Source of the DNA: an uncultured bacterium
GTDB lineage: Bacteria; Omnitrophota; Omnitrophia; Omnitrophales; Aquincolibacteriaceae
DNA length: 61,009 bases
Direction of reading: 5' to 3'
Assembly: GCA_964482725.1 (NCBI GenBank)
Contig: CAYZYT010000014.1
Span: 1 to 61,009 of the forward strand
Shown: piece by piece, positions 18,544-28,609 of the stretch
How positions within the stretch are numbered: the stretch's first letter is position 1
Layout: each line of letters opens with the position of its first letter
Made by a program: the position numbers and the translations under genes
Notes under the pieces: generated by a model
The model's input: only the letters and a program-made list of their open reading frames with translations
Databases searched by the model: none
What the model was told of the DNA's origin: nothing

Positions 18544-21042
18544 TTAAGAAATGGTCAAACTCTTCATGTAAAGCTGCTTGGTCCGTCGACGCATGTACGC
18601 CCGGGCAAATCCCGCCAGAGCAATAAGGCCCGGTACCAAGAACATCACAAAAATTCGCCACGCCACTTTTGCGGAGGCCGACACCTTGGGAAGCGCGCGA
18701 CCCACCTGCCCTTTCGAACGGATCCCGATCAGCGCGTCTCCCAGTGTTAAAACATCCATGGCATTCAGAAAAAAATTGAGGTGGCCGCCATTCTGCATCA
18801 GTTGCTTTTGGAAAGGTGTCGCCGCGCCGATCAACAGGAGCTTTCCGGGTTTGGGCTTGAGAGGCTCGGGCGTTTTTTCTTTTTTTTCTTTTTCTGCCGG
18901 AACTTCCGCGTTGCCTGAGATCGCCGGAGCCCACTCCGGCATTTTCTTATCTTGGAACGCATTCGAAAATTGTCCTTCGGCCAGCACGGCCAAGGGGAAC
19001 GGTCCCGAGGCGCTTGTCGCAACGCGCTCCAGCGCCTGAGGCATCAGCCTCCCTGACTTGAACGGCACGGTCCAGGAGCGCTTGCTGGAATGAAGGAGTG
19101 TCTGCACTTTGAGTCCCTGAGCTTTGATCCTCTTCTCATCGACTTTCAACGCGCTCCCCCAGAGATAAAAGAACGCCGAAAGACGTGCCGTGATCGAAGT
19201 CTGGGCGTTCATCTCGGAATCTGTCAGAAGGATCTGGATCGGCAATTTGACGGGAAAGGAGATGCCCGGGAGACCTCCGCCCCCGCCTGAAAGGGTGATA
19301 GCTTCGTTCTGTTCGTCCCCGAGAATATTCGTATCGACCCAGAACCCCCAGGCCGAAAGGAGATCGTTCACGACGGGAGCTTTCTCGCTCGGCACGAGTT
19401 CGACGGCACCCGTCTCCTCGGGCTTGTAATTAAACTCGTAATTTTGCACCGCCATAAAAACGGAACCGCCCTGACAAAGGAATCTATTAATCTCGTATTT
19501 TTGCCGCTCACTTAAGCTGCCAGGCTCGACTACCGCGAGCGTCTTCGTCCCGTTCGGAATGCCGGACTTCTGATTTAAAGAAATGCGTGAAACGGGATAG
19601 CCCTCGTTCTCAAGCCCCATCTGCAGATATTCATAAGGATCATCCCTATAACTTGGAGGAACCTGCCCTCCGAGCTGCTGGAGCAGCATCATCAAGTTGG
19701 GATCGACCGATCGATCGGTATAAGGCGCCATCAGAGCGACTTTCGGAACCTCAGGAAGGGTCATGCGGTAAAGCTTGGCCATAATGGCATACTCCAGATC
19801 ATCGAGATTCGATGGATAGATCTGAGGCAGGATCTCCTCGGGTTTTTCCTTGTAAGAGATCGTAAGCCCGGAATAAATGAGGCGGACCCCCACTTCATCC
19901 GACTGGATGGATTCGACTCGGAAAGGCTGGACACCTTTCTTGGAAAGTTGCTCCTCCATCGTATCCGCTTTTTTAGTCCCCTCAACTGCGGTCGCAGCGT
20001 CCATATGAAAAACCTGGTACTGAAAATGCCCTTCAGAAACAACACGCATTTCTTCCAACTTATCGCGCGCATCCTGCTCAAGCGTTTTCATCGAAGTCGG
20101 CATTTTGTCTGCGGAAGAAACGTAGAATTTCACGATTACCGGCGTTTGAAGGCCCCTCAGGATCTTTCGGGTCGCTAAGGAGATCGTGTAGGATTGACCT
20201 TCACTCATATCGAAGCGACCGAGGGGAACCCCGGCCACGAGCCAATTACTCAGGAGGAAGATCCCGGCCGAGATCAGAGCCGCCGTGGTGAAGATCGAGG
20301 CGGCTTTCGGCCGCATCCGGCCTTCGATCCAAAATCCGTTCAGGACAAGCGCCACTGCGCTGCCGACACAAAAATAAAGCACATCGCGGTTATCAATCAC
20401 TCCTTTGGCGAACGTCCCGTAATGGTCTGCTGCCCCCAGAAAATGCCTGGAAAAAGTCCCCAACCCCGCAACCCACCCATCAATAGAAGACGCCACAAAT
20501 TCCGTCCCTGTAAGATAAAGTCCGAAGCAGATCATCATAGAAAGAATGAATGCCACGATCTGGTCGCGAAAAAATCCCGACACAAGAGTTCCGATCGCAA
20601 GAAAAAATCCGCCCAGGAGGGCCGCGCCCATGTAACCACTCGAGATCGCGCCGAGGTCCGGTCGCCCGAGCACGGCGAGCATGACCGGGATCGGGAACGT
20701 ACAGGCGAGTGCGATCAGGTAGAAAAGGAAGCTTGCAAAAAATTTCCCGAGCACCAGCTCGTGCGATTGCATGGGGAAGGTCAGCAACAACTCCTGCGTG
20801 TTCCCTCGCTTTTCTTCGGCCCAAAGACGCATGGAGATCGCCGGCAAAAAGACCGAGAGAAAGAATGGCAGCGTAAAAAAGAAAGATCGCATATCCACGC
20901 GCCCGGCCAGGAAGAATTGCGTCATAAAAAGACCGCCGTTCAAGAGCGTGAAGATCACCATAAAGATATAAGCAATGGGAGAATTAAAATATGCCGCCAG
21001 CTCACGGTTCAGGATAATGAGAAGATTCGAGCTTTTTTTCAT
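18544..21042 (-). CDS. Fused ABC-2 permease (GldF-like) + GldG-like ABC-associated domain protein
   Basis: The first ~250 aa carry 6 TM segments of ABC-2 type (NSPIAYIFMVIFTLLNGGLF...). A large soluble GldG-like region follows, with a C-terminal TM (VAWRIFVMFLVPGLIALAGF). Confidence 0.7.
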   Translation of the reverse strand: MKKSSNLLIILNRELAAYFNSPIAYIFMVIFTLLNGGLFMTQFFLAGRVDMRSFFFTLPFFLSVFLPAISMRLWAEEKRGNTQELLLTFPMQSHELVLGKFFASFLFYLIALACTFPIPVMLAVLGRPDLGAISSGYMGAALLGGFFLAIGTLVSGFFRDQIVAFILSMMICFGLYLTGTEFVASSIDGWVAGLGTFSRHFLGAADHYGTFAKGVIDNRDVLYFCVGSAVALVLNGFWIEGRMRPKAASIFTTAALISAGIFLLSNWLVAGVPLGRFDMSEGQSYTISLATRKILRGLQTPVIVKFYVSSADKMPTSMKTLEQDARDKLEEMRVVSEGHFQYQVFHMDAATAVEGTKKADTMEEQLSKKGVQPFRVESIQSDEVGVRLIYSGLTISYKEKPEEILPQIYPSNLDDLEYAIMAKLYRMTLPEVPKVALMAPYTDRSVDPNLMMLLQQLGGQVPPSYRDDPYEYLQMGLENEGYPVSRISLNQKSGIPNGTKTLAVVEPGSLSERQKYEINRFLCQGGSVFMAVQNYEFNYKPEETGAVELVPSEKAPVVNDLLSAWGFWVDTNILGDEQNEAITLSGGGGGLPGISFPVKLPIQILLTDSEMNAQTSITARLSAFFYLWGSALKVDEKRIKAQGLKVQTLLHSSKRSWTVPFKSGRLMPQALERVATSASGPFPLAVLAEGQFSNAFQDKKMPEWAPAISGNAEVPAEKEKKEKTPEPLKPKPGKLLLIGAATPFQKQLMQNGGHLNFFLNAMDVLTLGDALIGIRSKGQVGRALPKVSASAKVAWRIFVMFLVPGLIALAGFARAYMRRRTKQLYMKSLTIS

Positions 21043-21791
21043 GCGGCCACCGATTTTTGTGGCAGCAACAGCTGAATAAAGATCTCTTCGAGGCTCAGTT
21101 CCCGCGCCGCCTTCCCAGAGTTTTGGACTTTTTCCGCCAGCTCTCGCTTCGTGCCCTGCGCCACGAGCTTTCCTTCATTAATAATCACAATTCGGTCGGC
21201 GAGGGCTTCTACCTCCTGCAGAATATGCGTGGAAAAAACGATCGTTTTTTCCTTGGCGAGGCTTTTCACGAGGGAGCGGATCTCAATGATCTGGATCGGG
21301 TCCAGGCCTGAAGTGGGTTCATCCAGGATCAGCACCTTGGGATCATGGATCAAAGCCTGCGCAAGCCCCACCCGTTGGCCGTACCCCTTAGAAAGTTCGC
21401 ACAAAAGATGTTTCCACACCGACTTGAGATGGCAGGCGTGGGTGACCCATGCGAGCCGTTCCGCGAGCCTGGCTCCTTCAAGCGCTCGCGCCTTGCCTAC
21501 GAACGTCAGATATTCATCCACCCGCATATCGCCATAAAGCGGGACTGTCTCGGGTAAATAGCCGATGCTCTTACGGACTTCGATGGGATTTTCAAGAATA
21601 TCGAACCCGTTCACTTTGGCGGTACCGGAGGAGGGAAAAAGATAGGTCGTGAGGATCCGCATGGCGGTCGTCTTCCCCGCCCCGTTGGGTCCCAAAAGCC
21701 CCAGGACCTCTCCCGGATTCGCTTGGAAGGAAACATGGTCCAGCGCGATCGCCGAGCCGTAATGCATGGTGAGAGATTGAACGTCGATCAT
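21039..21791 (-). CDS. ABC transporter ATP-binding protein (GldA-like)
   Basis: Walker A GPNGAGKTT, signature LSKGYGQRV, Walker B LILDEPTSGLD. Confidence 0.9.
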   Translation of the reverse strand: MIDVQSLTMHYGSAIALDHVSFQANPGEVLGLLGPNGAGKTTAMRILTTYLFPSSGTAKVNGFDILENPIEVRKSIGYLPETVPLYGDMRVDEYLTFVGKARALEGARLAERLAWVTHACHLKSVWKHLLCELSKGYGQRVGLAQALIHDPKVLILDEPTSGLDPIQIIEIRSLVKSLAKEKTIVFSTHILQEVEALADRIVIINEGKLVAQGTKRELAEKVQNSGKAARELSLEEIFIQLLLPQKSVAA

Positions 21792-21806
21792 TTTTTAAAT
21801 CCAGTG

Positions 21807-21882
21807 TTAAGCGGTAAGCGAAAAGCGCTAAGTAAAAACTCTCTGCGGATCTTACCTCTTGCCGCTTATCGCTTTTCGCTAA
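21807..21882. repeat. Imperfect hairpin element (AAGCGG/AAGCGA words)
   Basis: TTAAGCGGTAAGCGAAAAGCGCTAAGTAA ... CTTACCTCTTGCCGCTTATCGCTTTTCGCTAA. Confidence 0.55.
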
Positions 21883-21885
21883 AAT

Positions 21886-22572
21886 TTACCGTCTTCGGCC
21901 AAAAATCTGTAGCAAAAATAGGAACATGTTAATGAAATCCAAATAGAGCATCAGGGCGCCCACGATGGCCAGTTGCTCGGGCGCGTTCGCCATGTTTTGA
22001 TGAATGGCCTTCAGCCGCTGCGTGTCATAGGCCGTAAGCCCGATAAAAACCGCGACGCCGCAATAAGAAATGACCCAATAAAAAATGGGCGAGCGGAAAA
22101 AATAGTTTGCGATACTTGCGACAATCACTCCGATGAGCGCCATAAAGCAGAAACTTCCGACGGAGGTCAGGTCTTGCTTCGTCACCCATCCGTACACGCT
22201 CACACCCGCGAACGTCATGGCCGTGATAAAAAAGGTGGAGGAGATCGAAGCGGAAGTATAAACGAGAAAAATGCCCGACAGCGTGATGCCGTTCAGCACA
22301 GAATAGGCCAGAAATCCGATCGTCGCCGCCTGGGCCGAGATCTTCTGAAGGCTCCGGGTAAGCCATATGACCAAGACGAACTCCGCAATAAAGAAAACCC
22401 ACATGCCGCCATGCATAAGAAAGCGCAAGAGCGACGCATTGCCGATCGTGATGAAAGCTGCCAGACCGGTGAGCGCGAGTCCCATGGCCATCCATTGATA
22501 CACCCGCTGCATGAAATTTGAAAAAACGGCGTCCTGAGACTGCGCGAAGGGCTGATGCTTCTGTCCGTCCAT
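21886..22572 (-). CDS. Bax inhibitor-1/YccA family membrane protein
   Basis: FMQRVYQWMAMGLALTGLAAF plus 7 TM segments. AAGGAGG precedes the ATG at 22572; the ORF track extends to 22632. Confidence 0.8.
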   Translation of the reverse strand: MDGQKHQPFAQSQDAVFSNFMQRVYQWMAMGLALTGLAAFITIGNASLLRFLMHGGMWVFFIAEFVLVIWLTRSLQKISAQAATIGFLAYSVLNGITLSGIFLVYTSASISSTFFITAMTFAGVSVYGWVTKQDLTSVGSFCFMALIGVIVASIANYFFRSPIFYWVISYCGVAVFIGLTAYDTQRLKAIHQNMANAPEQLAIVGALMLYLDFINMFLFLLQIFGRRR

Positions 22573-22671
22573 AACAACCTCCTTTGAATATTCTGTGGGC
22601 AGTATTTTAGCTAAACTTTGCGCAAAGTTCAAAGCGCAAACCCTTCTTGGCGCCTTGGGTCTTGCGCTCTT

Positions 22672-23076
22672 TTAAGGCGTGGGTACCGGCGGCGGCTCCA
22701 CGGGAACGAAGGATGCCAAAAACTCACGGATCTTCCTCGCCGGTCTTGCGACGATCGCTTTGTCGCCTTTTTCCACGATGGGGCGCTGAAGAAGGTCGGG
22801 ATAGATCGCCAAAAGATCCAACCACTGCCCCTCCGTGAGCTGCTTCTCGCCAAGCCGGAGATCCCCAAAAAGCTGGTCCTTCTTACGGATCAACTCCTCG
22901 ACCGGTACGCCCAGTTTCTGGATAAGTTCTTTCAGCTTCGCTTTAGGGATCGGATCTGTGAAATAATCCACGGCGTCAAAATCCGTGCCCGCCTCTTTTA
23001 AGATCTGATAGACCTCTTTACAGGTCGTGCAAGTTGGTTTCTGATAGATCGTAATATCAGCCATAGAAAACCCCAT
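22672..23076 (-). CDS. ArsC/Spx family protein (CxxC)
   Basis: ITIYQKPTCTTCKEVYQIL ... LLQRPIVEKGDKAIV. Confidence 0.75.
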   Translation of the reverse strand: MGFSMADITIYQKPTCTTCKEVYQILKEAGTDFDAVDYFTDPIPKAKLKELIQKLGVPVEELIRKKDQLFGDLRLGEKQLTEGQWLDLLAIYPDLLQRPIVEKGDKAIVARPARKIREFLASFVPVEPPPVPTP

Positions 23077-23086
23077 TTAAAAATCT

Positions 23087-23162
23087 GGATGGTGGATATC
23101 GGATGGAGGATGGCGAAAAACTAATGGCCAAAACGCCCTCCACCTTCCTCCATCCGCCATCC
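23087..23162. repeat. GGATGG-family palindromic element, intergenic copy
   Basis: GGATGGTGGATATCGGATGGAGGATGGCG-AAAAACTAATGGCCAAAAC-GCCCTCCACCTTCCTCCATCCGCCATCC. Confidence 0.85.
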
Positions 23163-23167
23163 TGCAA

Positions 23168-23674
23168 TTATGTTTTCAAGAAGTACAGCCCCACATAGAC
23201 CTTAGGATCCACGAGGAATCCTTTTTTTTCCATCTCATAAAGCCAAAGATCCGCTTCTTTGAGCGGTATTTCGTGGACCTTGATGGATTCCGTGGCATCT
23301 CCGCCGCCGGGACCTTTTTTGACCACGTCCAGAGCTTGATAGAAGGTGATGATCTCGGAACACAAGCCGCTAGAGACAGGCCCCCCCACTAAAAGCGACC
23401 AGTGTTCCGTTTCATAGCCCGTTTCTTCCAAAAGCTCGCGGCGGGCAGCCGCCTCCATCGTCTCGGGACCATGCGACCTCTTGTCATTCACGAGACCCGC
23501 AGGCCATTCGATCACTTGGGCTTCCACGGGCCTTCGGAACTGTTCGACAAAAACAACCTTCCCCGTTGAGGTCATCGGGACAATGACTACAATACCACTG
23601 CATTGGGTCCGCTTGACATACTCCCAATTGTCTTCGCAGACCAGCTCAAGGAACTTGCCTTTATGAAGGATCAT
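23168..23674 (-). CDS. NUDIX hydrolase (ADP-ribose pyrophosphatase-like)
   Basis: Nudix box GPETMEAAARRELLEETGYE. Confidence 0.85.
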   Translation of the reverse strand: MILHKGKFLELVCEDNWEYVKRTQCSGIVVIVPMTSTGKVVFVEQFRRPVEAQVIEWPAGLVNDKRSHGPETMEAAARRELLEETGYETEHWSLLVGGPVSSGLCSEIITFYQALDVVKKGPGGGDATESIKVHEIPLKEADLWLYEMEKKGFLVDPKVYVGLYFLKT

Positions 23675-23684
23675 GCTTATCCTC

Positions 23685-23714
23685 GAATTTGAGATTTCAA
23701 ATTTGAAATCTAGA
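23685..23714. repeat. Short AT-rich palindrome between the ggt-like and NUDIX genes
   Basis: GAGATTTCAAATTTGAAATCTA. Confidence 0.5.
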
Positions 23715-25404
23715 AGCCAGCGGCTTCTCCGCTCGCGCGGGGATCGCTTTCGCCGTCTATTCTACCAGAACCCTCTTCAAAACAAACCATTTGCGCAAAC
23801 CCGATCGGATCTTCTTTTTCGATATCATGCCCCAAAAGAGCGAGTTTTAGACGTATCATCTCCTGGTCATAAAGTCCGGACTCCATGAGAAGAGTCCTGT
23901 CCCGGACTAAAAGCCTCGGAAATCGAACGGCCCCGGAGCAGGAAGCCGCAAGATCGATCCTTTGAACCAGCACATTTAAAAGCACGGCCGCCGGATCGTC
24001 CGGACCGTAAGCATTTAACACCATCGAGGGCTTCCCGTTTTTAAAAATGAATGTGGGAGCCTCCGGTCCGCGCGGTCTTTGTCCGCCGGAGATCAGTTCC
24101 GATGACTTTGGCTCCTTGACGAACGCGGGATCCGCAGCAAAAGCCGTCAGCAGGTCATTTAAGAAAAACCCGTACCCCGGCACCTTCAGCGCCGAACCAA
24201 ACGCGTCTCCAAGCGTCGCCTCGAGAATTGCGATATTCCCCTGAGGATCCACGACCATGACGGAAGACCCGGCTCGCCTCTTTCCCCTCTCCGGTCCCTC
24301 AATCTTCATTTCCTTTAACTTCAAGACCTGATCGAATTTGATGACGCCTGTCCGGTCTTGCGCCCAGGCCTCCGAAAGAAGTTCCTTAAGAGGGCTATCA
24401 AAAAGGTCCGGATCGGCGACGCCCGATCGATTCGAAAAAGCGATCTTCTGTATTTCTCCGAGAAGATGGTACGTCTCCGGGACTTGCCCAAAGCCGGGAA
24501 TGCCGAAACTGGAAAGGAGGTTGAGCCCGCGAAACAACATCACGCCTCCATCCGCCGGAGGTCCCGCACTGAAAAGATCGTATCCTTGATAAGTGGCATG
24601 GATAGGATCACGCGCCGCGATCGCATAGGCCTCAAGATCCCTCTCGTTCAACAGCCCCGCTCGATAGGTATTCTTGCGAACGGCGCGAGCTATGGTCTTG
24701 GCTATCACCCCGCTGTAAAGAACCTTCGCTCCCTGGGTTTGGATCAGACGGAACGCCTTCGCAAGATCGGGCTGGAAGAACTTTCGTCCTTCTTGGAGAG
24801 GAATGCCGTTCTCAAAAAAAACGGCCTTCTCGGGATCCAAAAGAGTTAACCTCTCCGCATGCTCTTGGATTGCCTTCGCAAGGGCCTCAGACACTTCCGT
24901 CCCCTCTTCCGCCTGACGGATCGCCGGCTCCATCAGCTTCGCGAATGGGAATTTATGCGTCCCGTATTTGGCATGAACCTCTTCGGTTAATTTCAACAGC
25001 CCGGGAACACCGACTGAAAGACCGCCTGTATTCCTCTCCGGCTGATACGGGAGCGGTTTCCCGCTTTCATCGAGGAACATCTTCGGAAAAGCTTTCGCGG
25101 GAGCCTTGACACTACCGTCAAAAGAAAGAATGCGCCGTGTGCCGATATCATAAAAAAGAAAAAGACCGCCCCCGCCAAGCCCAGAAGCTTGCGGCGCGAC
25201 CACGTTGAGCATCCACTGCGCCGTCACGGCCGCGTCCACCGCGTTCCCGCCTTGTTTCAACACTTCCAAGGCGGCTTGTGTCGCACGGGGATCGGAGCTA
25301 ACCACCATGGCTTTTTCGCCCGAAGCGGCCTGAAGGGGGGAGAGAAGACTCAGAGAAAAAAGTGCGAAGGTCCCAAAAAGAACCAGAGAGTTTTTGAAGG
25401 GCAT
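23710..25404 (-). CDS. ggt: Gamma-glutamyltranspeptidase family protein (atypical nucleophile region)
   Basis: Signal peptide, then SSDPRATQAALEVLKQGGNAVDAAV and GLGGGGLFLFYD. GSSVMVVDPQGN occupies the position where the canonical TTH motif is expected. Confidence 0.75.
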   Translation of the reverse strand: MPFKNSLVLFGTFALFSLSLLSPLQAASGEKAMVVSSDPRATQAALEVLKQGGNAVDAAVTAQWMLNVVAPQASGLGGGGLFLFYDIGTRRILSFDGSVKAPAKAFPKMFLDESGKPLPYQPERNTGGLSVGVPGLLKLTEEVHAKYGTHKFPFAKLMEPAIRQAEEGTEVSEALAKAIQEHAERLTLLDPEKAVFFENGIPLQEGRKFFQPDLAKAFRLIQTQGAKVLYSGVIAKTIARAVRKNTYRAGLLNERDLEAYAIAARDPIHATYQGYDLFSAGPPADGGVMLFRGLNLLSSFGIPGFGQVPETYHLLGEIQKIAFSNRSGVADPDLFDSPLKELLSEAWAQDRTGVIKFDQVLKLKEMKIEGPERGKRRAGSSVMVVDPQGNIAILEATLGDAFGSALKVPGYGFFLNDLLTAFAADPAFVKEPKSSELISGGQRPRGPEAPTFIFKNGKPSMVLNAYGPDDPAAVLLNVLVQRIDLAASCSGAVRFPRLLVRDRTLLMESGLYDQEMIRLKLALLGHDIEKEDPIGFAQMVCFEEGSGRIDGESDPRASGEAAGF

Positions 25405-25439
25405 TTTAGAACCTCGGAAATTCCGGAACGCGTAAGTTC

Positions 25440-26381
25440 TTAACGCCCCAGGATCTTTTTCGCGGCTTTAATAATATGAGGATAGGTGAGACCGTACTTT
25501 TCCAAAAGCTCTTCCGCTTTTCCGGACTCCGCAAAGGTATCTTGAATGGCCACAAAACCCATCTTGCAAGGGTGTTTCTTGGCGAGAAAAGTCGCGACCG
25601 CGCTTCCGAGCCCTCCCCAGATCTGATGTTCCTCAGCCACCAGGATATGCCCGGTCCGCTTGGCTTCTTCCAGGATGAGATCCGTATCCAACGGCTTCAC
25701 GGTATGCATATCAATGACGCTTGCGCTAATCCCTTCGTCCGCAAGACGCTCCGCGGCTTCAAGCGCTTCGAAAACCTCCAAACCATTGGCGAGGATCGTC
25801 AGGTCTTTGCCTTCACGCAGCCGAACCCCCTTACCGATCTTGAAATCCGTGCCGGCCTTGTAAACGACCGGTGCTTTCGGCCTCCCGGTGCGAATGTAAA
25901 CGGGTCCGAAATGCTTCGCGGCCTCAAGGACCAGCGCCCGCGTGCAGATCTCATCGCTCGGAACGAGCACCGCAAAACCCGGGAGGCTCGTCATGAGAGC
26001 AATATCCTCGATCGACATTTGCGAGGCGCCATCTTCCCCGACCGAAATCCCGCCATGGGAACCCACTACTTTGACATTAAGCTCCGAGAACGCGACACCC
26101 ATGCGAAGCTGATCAAACCCTTTGCTGACAAGAAAGGAAGCAAAGCTGGAGATAAAAGGGGTCTTCCCGCAGGAAGCAAGCCCCACCCCCACGCCCACGA
26201 GGTTCGCTTCTTGGATCCCGACATTAAAGAATCTCTCCGGGAATTTTTCGGCAAAGATCACGGATTTCGTGGCTTTGGAAAGATCCGCGTCGAGAACCAC
26301 CACATTCGGATCCCTCTGGCCGATCTCGACGAGCGCCTCCCCGTAAGCATCCCTCGTGGCTTTGCCCAAGATTTTTTGCAT
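25440..26381 (-). CDS. Transketolase, C-terminal (pyrimidine-binding) subunit
   Basis: ATRDAYGEALVEIG...VVLDADLSKAT...NVGIQEANLVGVG. Confidence 0.9.
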   Translation of the reverse strand: MQKILGKATRDAYGEALVEIGQRDPNVVVLDADLSKATKSVIFAEKFPERFFNVGIQEANLVGVGVGLASCGKTPFISSFASFLVSKGFDQLRMGVAFSELNVKVVGSHGGISVGEDGASQMSIEDIALMTSLPGFAVLVPSDEICTRALVLEAAKHFGPVYIRTGRPKAPVVYKAGTDFKIGKGVRLREGKDLTILANGLEVFEALEAAERLADEGISASVIDMHTVKPLDTDLILEEAKRTGHILVAEEHQIWGGLGSAVATFLAKKHPCKMGFVAIQDTFAESGKAEELLEKYGLTYPHIIKAAKKILGR

Positions 26382-27199
26382 TAGGATAATTCCTTTAAAG
26401 CTTTTTCAACTTGTTCCCGCGTCGGTGCAACTCCATGGAAAGCATTGTTCCCTTCCATAAAGGAAACGCCCTTGCCTTTGATCGTGTGCGCGATGATCAT
26501 GACCGGTTCATTCTTGACCTTTTTAGCTTTCTCTACGGCATGCAGGATCTCTTTGATATCATGCCCGTCGATCTCAAAGGTATGCCACCGAAAAGCCTTC
26601 CATTTTTCAATTACGGGCTCCATATCGCAAATATTTTTCGTGGAATCATCGAGCTGGTATTTGTTGTAATCCAAAAAAGCGATCAGATGATCGACCTTGT
26701 GATGTGCGGCCATCGCGGCGGCTTCCCAGGTCTGACCTTCGTTCATCTCGCCGTCGCTTGTGATGACATAGGTGTAATAACTTTTTTTATCGAGACGCCG
26801 CGCCAGTGCCATACCGATCCCTATCGAGAGACCCTGCCCGAGCGAACCCGTGGAGGCCTCCACCCCCGGAAGTTTGCGCCGGTCAGGGTGTCCTTGAAGC
26901 GGGCTGCCGAGTTGGCGAAAATCCGTGAGGGTTTTTGGATCAAAATAACCCGCTTCCGCCAGTGCGGCATAAAGGGCCGGAGAGGCGTGTCCCTTACTGA
27001 GGACCAAACGATCACGATCCGGCCATTGCGGGTCTTGGGGATTGTGATCCATGAGGTTGAAGTAGAGCGCCACCAGCATTTCCGTAGCGGAGAGAGAACC
27101 GCCGGGATGACCTGAAGCCGCGGCTCCGGTCATCTCAACGATGTGACGACGCACCAATTTCGACTTCGCCTTAAGTTGCTCTACAAAAAGCTTTTCCAT
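26381..27199 (-). CDS. Transketolase, N-terminal (TPP-binding) subunit
   Basis: SGHPGGSLSATE...DRLVLSKGHASPALYA...GSLGQGLSIGIG...SDGEMNEG. Confidence 0.9.
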   Translation of the reverse strand: MEKLFVEQLKAKSKLVRRHIVEMTGAAASGHPGGSLSATEMLVALYFNLMDHNPQDPQWPDRDRLVLSKGHASPALYAALAEAGYFDPKTLTDFRQLGSPLQGHPDRRKLPGVEASTGSLGQGLSIGIGMALARRLDKKSYYTYVITSDGEMNEGQTWEAAAMAAHHKVDHLIAFLDYNKYQLDDSTKNICDMEPVIEKWKAFRWHTFEIDGHDIKEILHAVEKAKKVKNEPVMIIAHTIKGKGVSFMEGNNAFHGVAPTREQVEKALKELS

Positions 27200-27294
27200 G
27201 AATTTATGAATGCCTTGGCTGATTTGTATAGAGGAAAAAGACAGCGAAGTCTAGCGGCTTTCCCGGACATCGTCAATGAATAAAACAGGATGTC

Positions 27295-27363
27295 GGGTGG
27301 CGGATGATGGATGGCGAAAAACTAATGAGCCAAACACTATCCGCCATCCTCGATCCACCTTCC
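27295..27363. repeat. GGATGG-family palindromic element, intergenic copy
   Basis: GGGTGGCGGATGATGGATGGCG-AAAAACTAATGAGCCAAACACT-ATCCGCCATCCTCGATCCACCTTCC. Confidence 0.85.
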
Positions 27364-27419
27364 TGAAAAAAATGTGTGCGTGTTGCTCCATCGCCGGCAT
27401 CATGGTATCCTTCTGGAGC

Positions 27420-28544
27420 ATGAAAAATCAAAATTTACTGATCATCGCCTCGAGCGAAAAAGACGCGGACCTTTATTACGTCACACAATTCATCGCACCC
27501 GACGCTTTCGTTTTCCTCCAGACCCACGGCAAAAAATACATCCTCGTAAGCGATCTTGAGATCGACCGGGCGAAAAAACAGGCTTGTGTTCATGCGGTTT
27601 TTTCGAGTTCCCGCCTCGCTTCGGAATATAAGCAAAAACACAAGAAGACCTGCTCCTTTATCGAGCTTGTCCTTTATTTCCTGGAAAAGCTAGAGGTCCA
27701 AACCGTTCTCGTCCCTGGGAATTTTCCCGTCCAATATTACGCGCCCCTGAAACAGGCCGGCCTCAGGATCCAATATAAAAACGGCCTCTTTTTTGAAAGG
27801 CGCCTGATCAAAGACCGCCATGAGATCGTAGCGATCACTCAAGCCCTTCGCTCCACGGAGAAAGCCGCGCGTGAAGCGATCCAAACCCTAAAGCGCTCGG
27901 TGATCCGGAAAAACAGACTTTATTTTAAAGGAAAGCTCCTTACCAGCGAGGCTTTAAAAAAGATCATTCATCGAACTCTCCTGGAAGAAGGCTGCACCGG
28001 GGAGCATACGATCGTCTCCTGCGGCCCTCATTCGATCGATCCCCATGATCAGGGTTCCGGTCCTCTTTACGCCCATCAGCCGATCATTATGGATATTTTT
28101 CCGCGCAGCGAAACGACGCTTTACCATGCCGATTTCACGCGGACCGTGGTGCGCGGAAAAGCATCGCCTAAGCTCAAAAAAATGTATGCGGCCGTCAAAG
28201 AAGGACAGAACATCGCTTTCAAGCTGATTCGCCATGGGATCGCCACTAAAAAAATTCATGGAGCTATTCAGAACAGATTCACGCAACTTGGCTTCAGAAC
28301 AGAGGTTAAGGACGGCCGTATGCAGGGATTTTTCCATAGCACCGGCCACGGGCTCGGTTTGGACATTCACGAGCCCCCTCGGATCAGCGTGGGAGAGGAT
28401 ATTCTAAAGGCGGGACAGATCGTGACCGTAGAACCTGGGCTTTATTACAAAGGCGTGGGCGGCGTGCGTCTGGAAGATGTTGTCATCGTAACAAAAACGG
28501 GCTGCAAAAATCTTACGAAATTCCCAAGACAACTCGAGATTTAA
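27420..28544 (+). CDS. M24-family Xaa-Pro aminopeptidase
   Basis: HSTGHGLGLDIHEPPRI, VTVEPGLY and GGVRLEDVV. I chose the start at the ATG at 27420 (GGAG upstream), because the ORF-track extension from 27276 translates the repeat element. Confidence 0.85.
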   Translation: MKNQNLLIIASSEKDADLYYVTQFIAPDAFVFLQTHGKKYILVSDLEIDRAKKQACVHAVFSSSRLASEYKQKHKKTCSFIELVLYFLEKLEVQTVLVPGNFPVQYYAPLKQAGLRIQYKNGLFFERRLIKDRHEIVAITQALRSTEKAAREAIQTLKRSVIRKNRLYFKGKLLTSEALKKIIHRTLLEEGCTGEHTIVSCGPHSIDPHDQGSGPLYAHQPIIMDIFPRSETTLYHADFTRTVVRGKASPKLKKMYAAVKEGQNIAFKLIRHGIATKKIHGAIQNRFTQLGFRTEVKDGRMQGFFHSTGHGLGLDIHEPPRISVGEDILKAGQIVTVEPGLYYKGVGGVRLEDVVIVTKTGCKNLTKFPRQLEI

Positions 28545-28609
28545 AAACCAGGGACAGATCCGCACTCGCCTTTCAAGGCCTGTCCCAAGATCGGTCTTAA
28601 GGAGCCATA

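Noticed and set aside
27276-27419. N-terminal ORF extensions: 27276 for the M24 peptidase, 12033..12122 for the flavoprotein, 14000..14107 for sodB, 22573..22632 for BI-1, 4361..4450 for the ICMT-like gene and 4206..4244 for the CHASE2 gene
   Set aside because: The extensions translate repeat elements or leaders, overlap the upstream gene, or lack an RBS. Internal ATGs with good Shine-Dalgarno sequences coincide with the conserved N-termini of the families.
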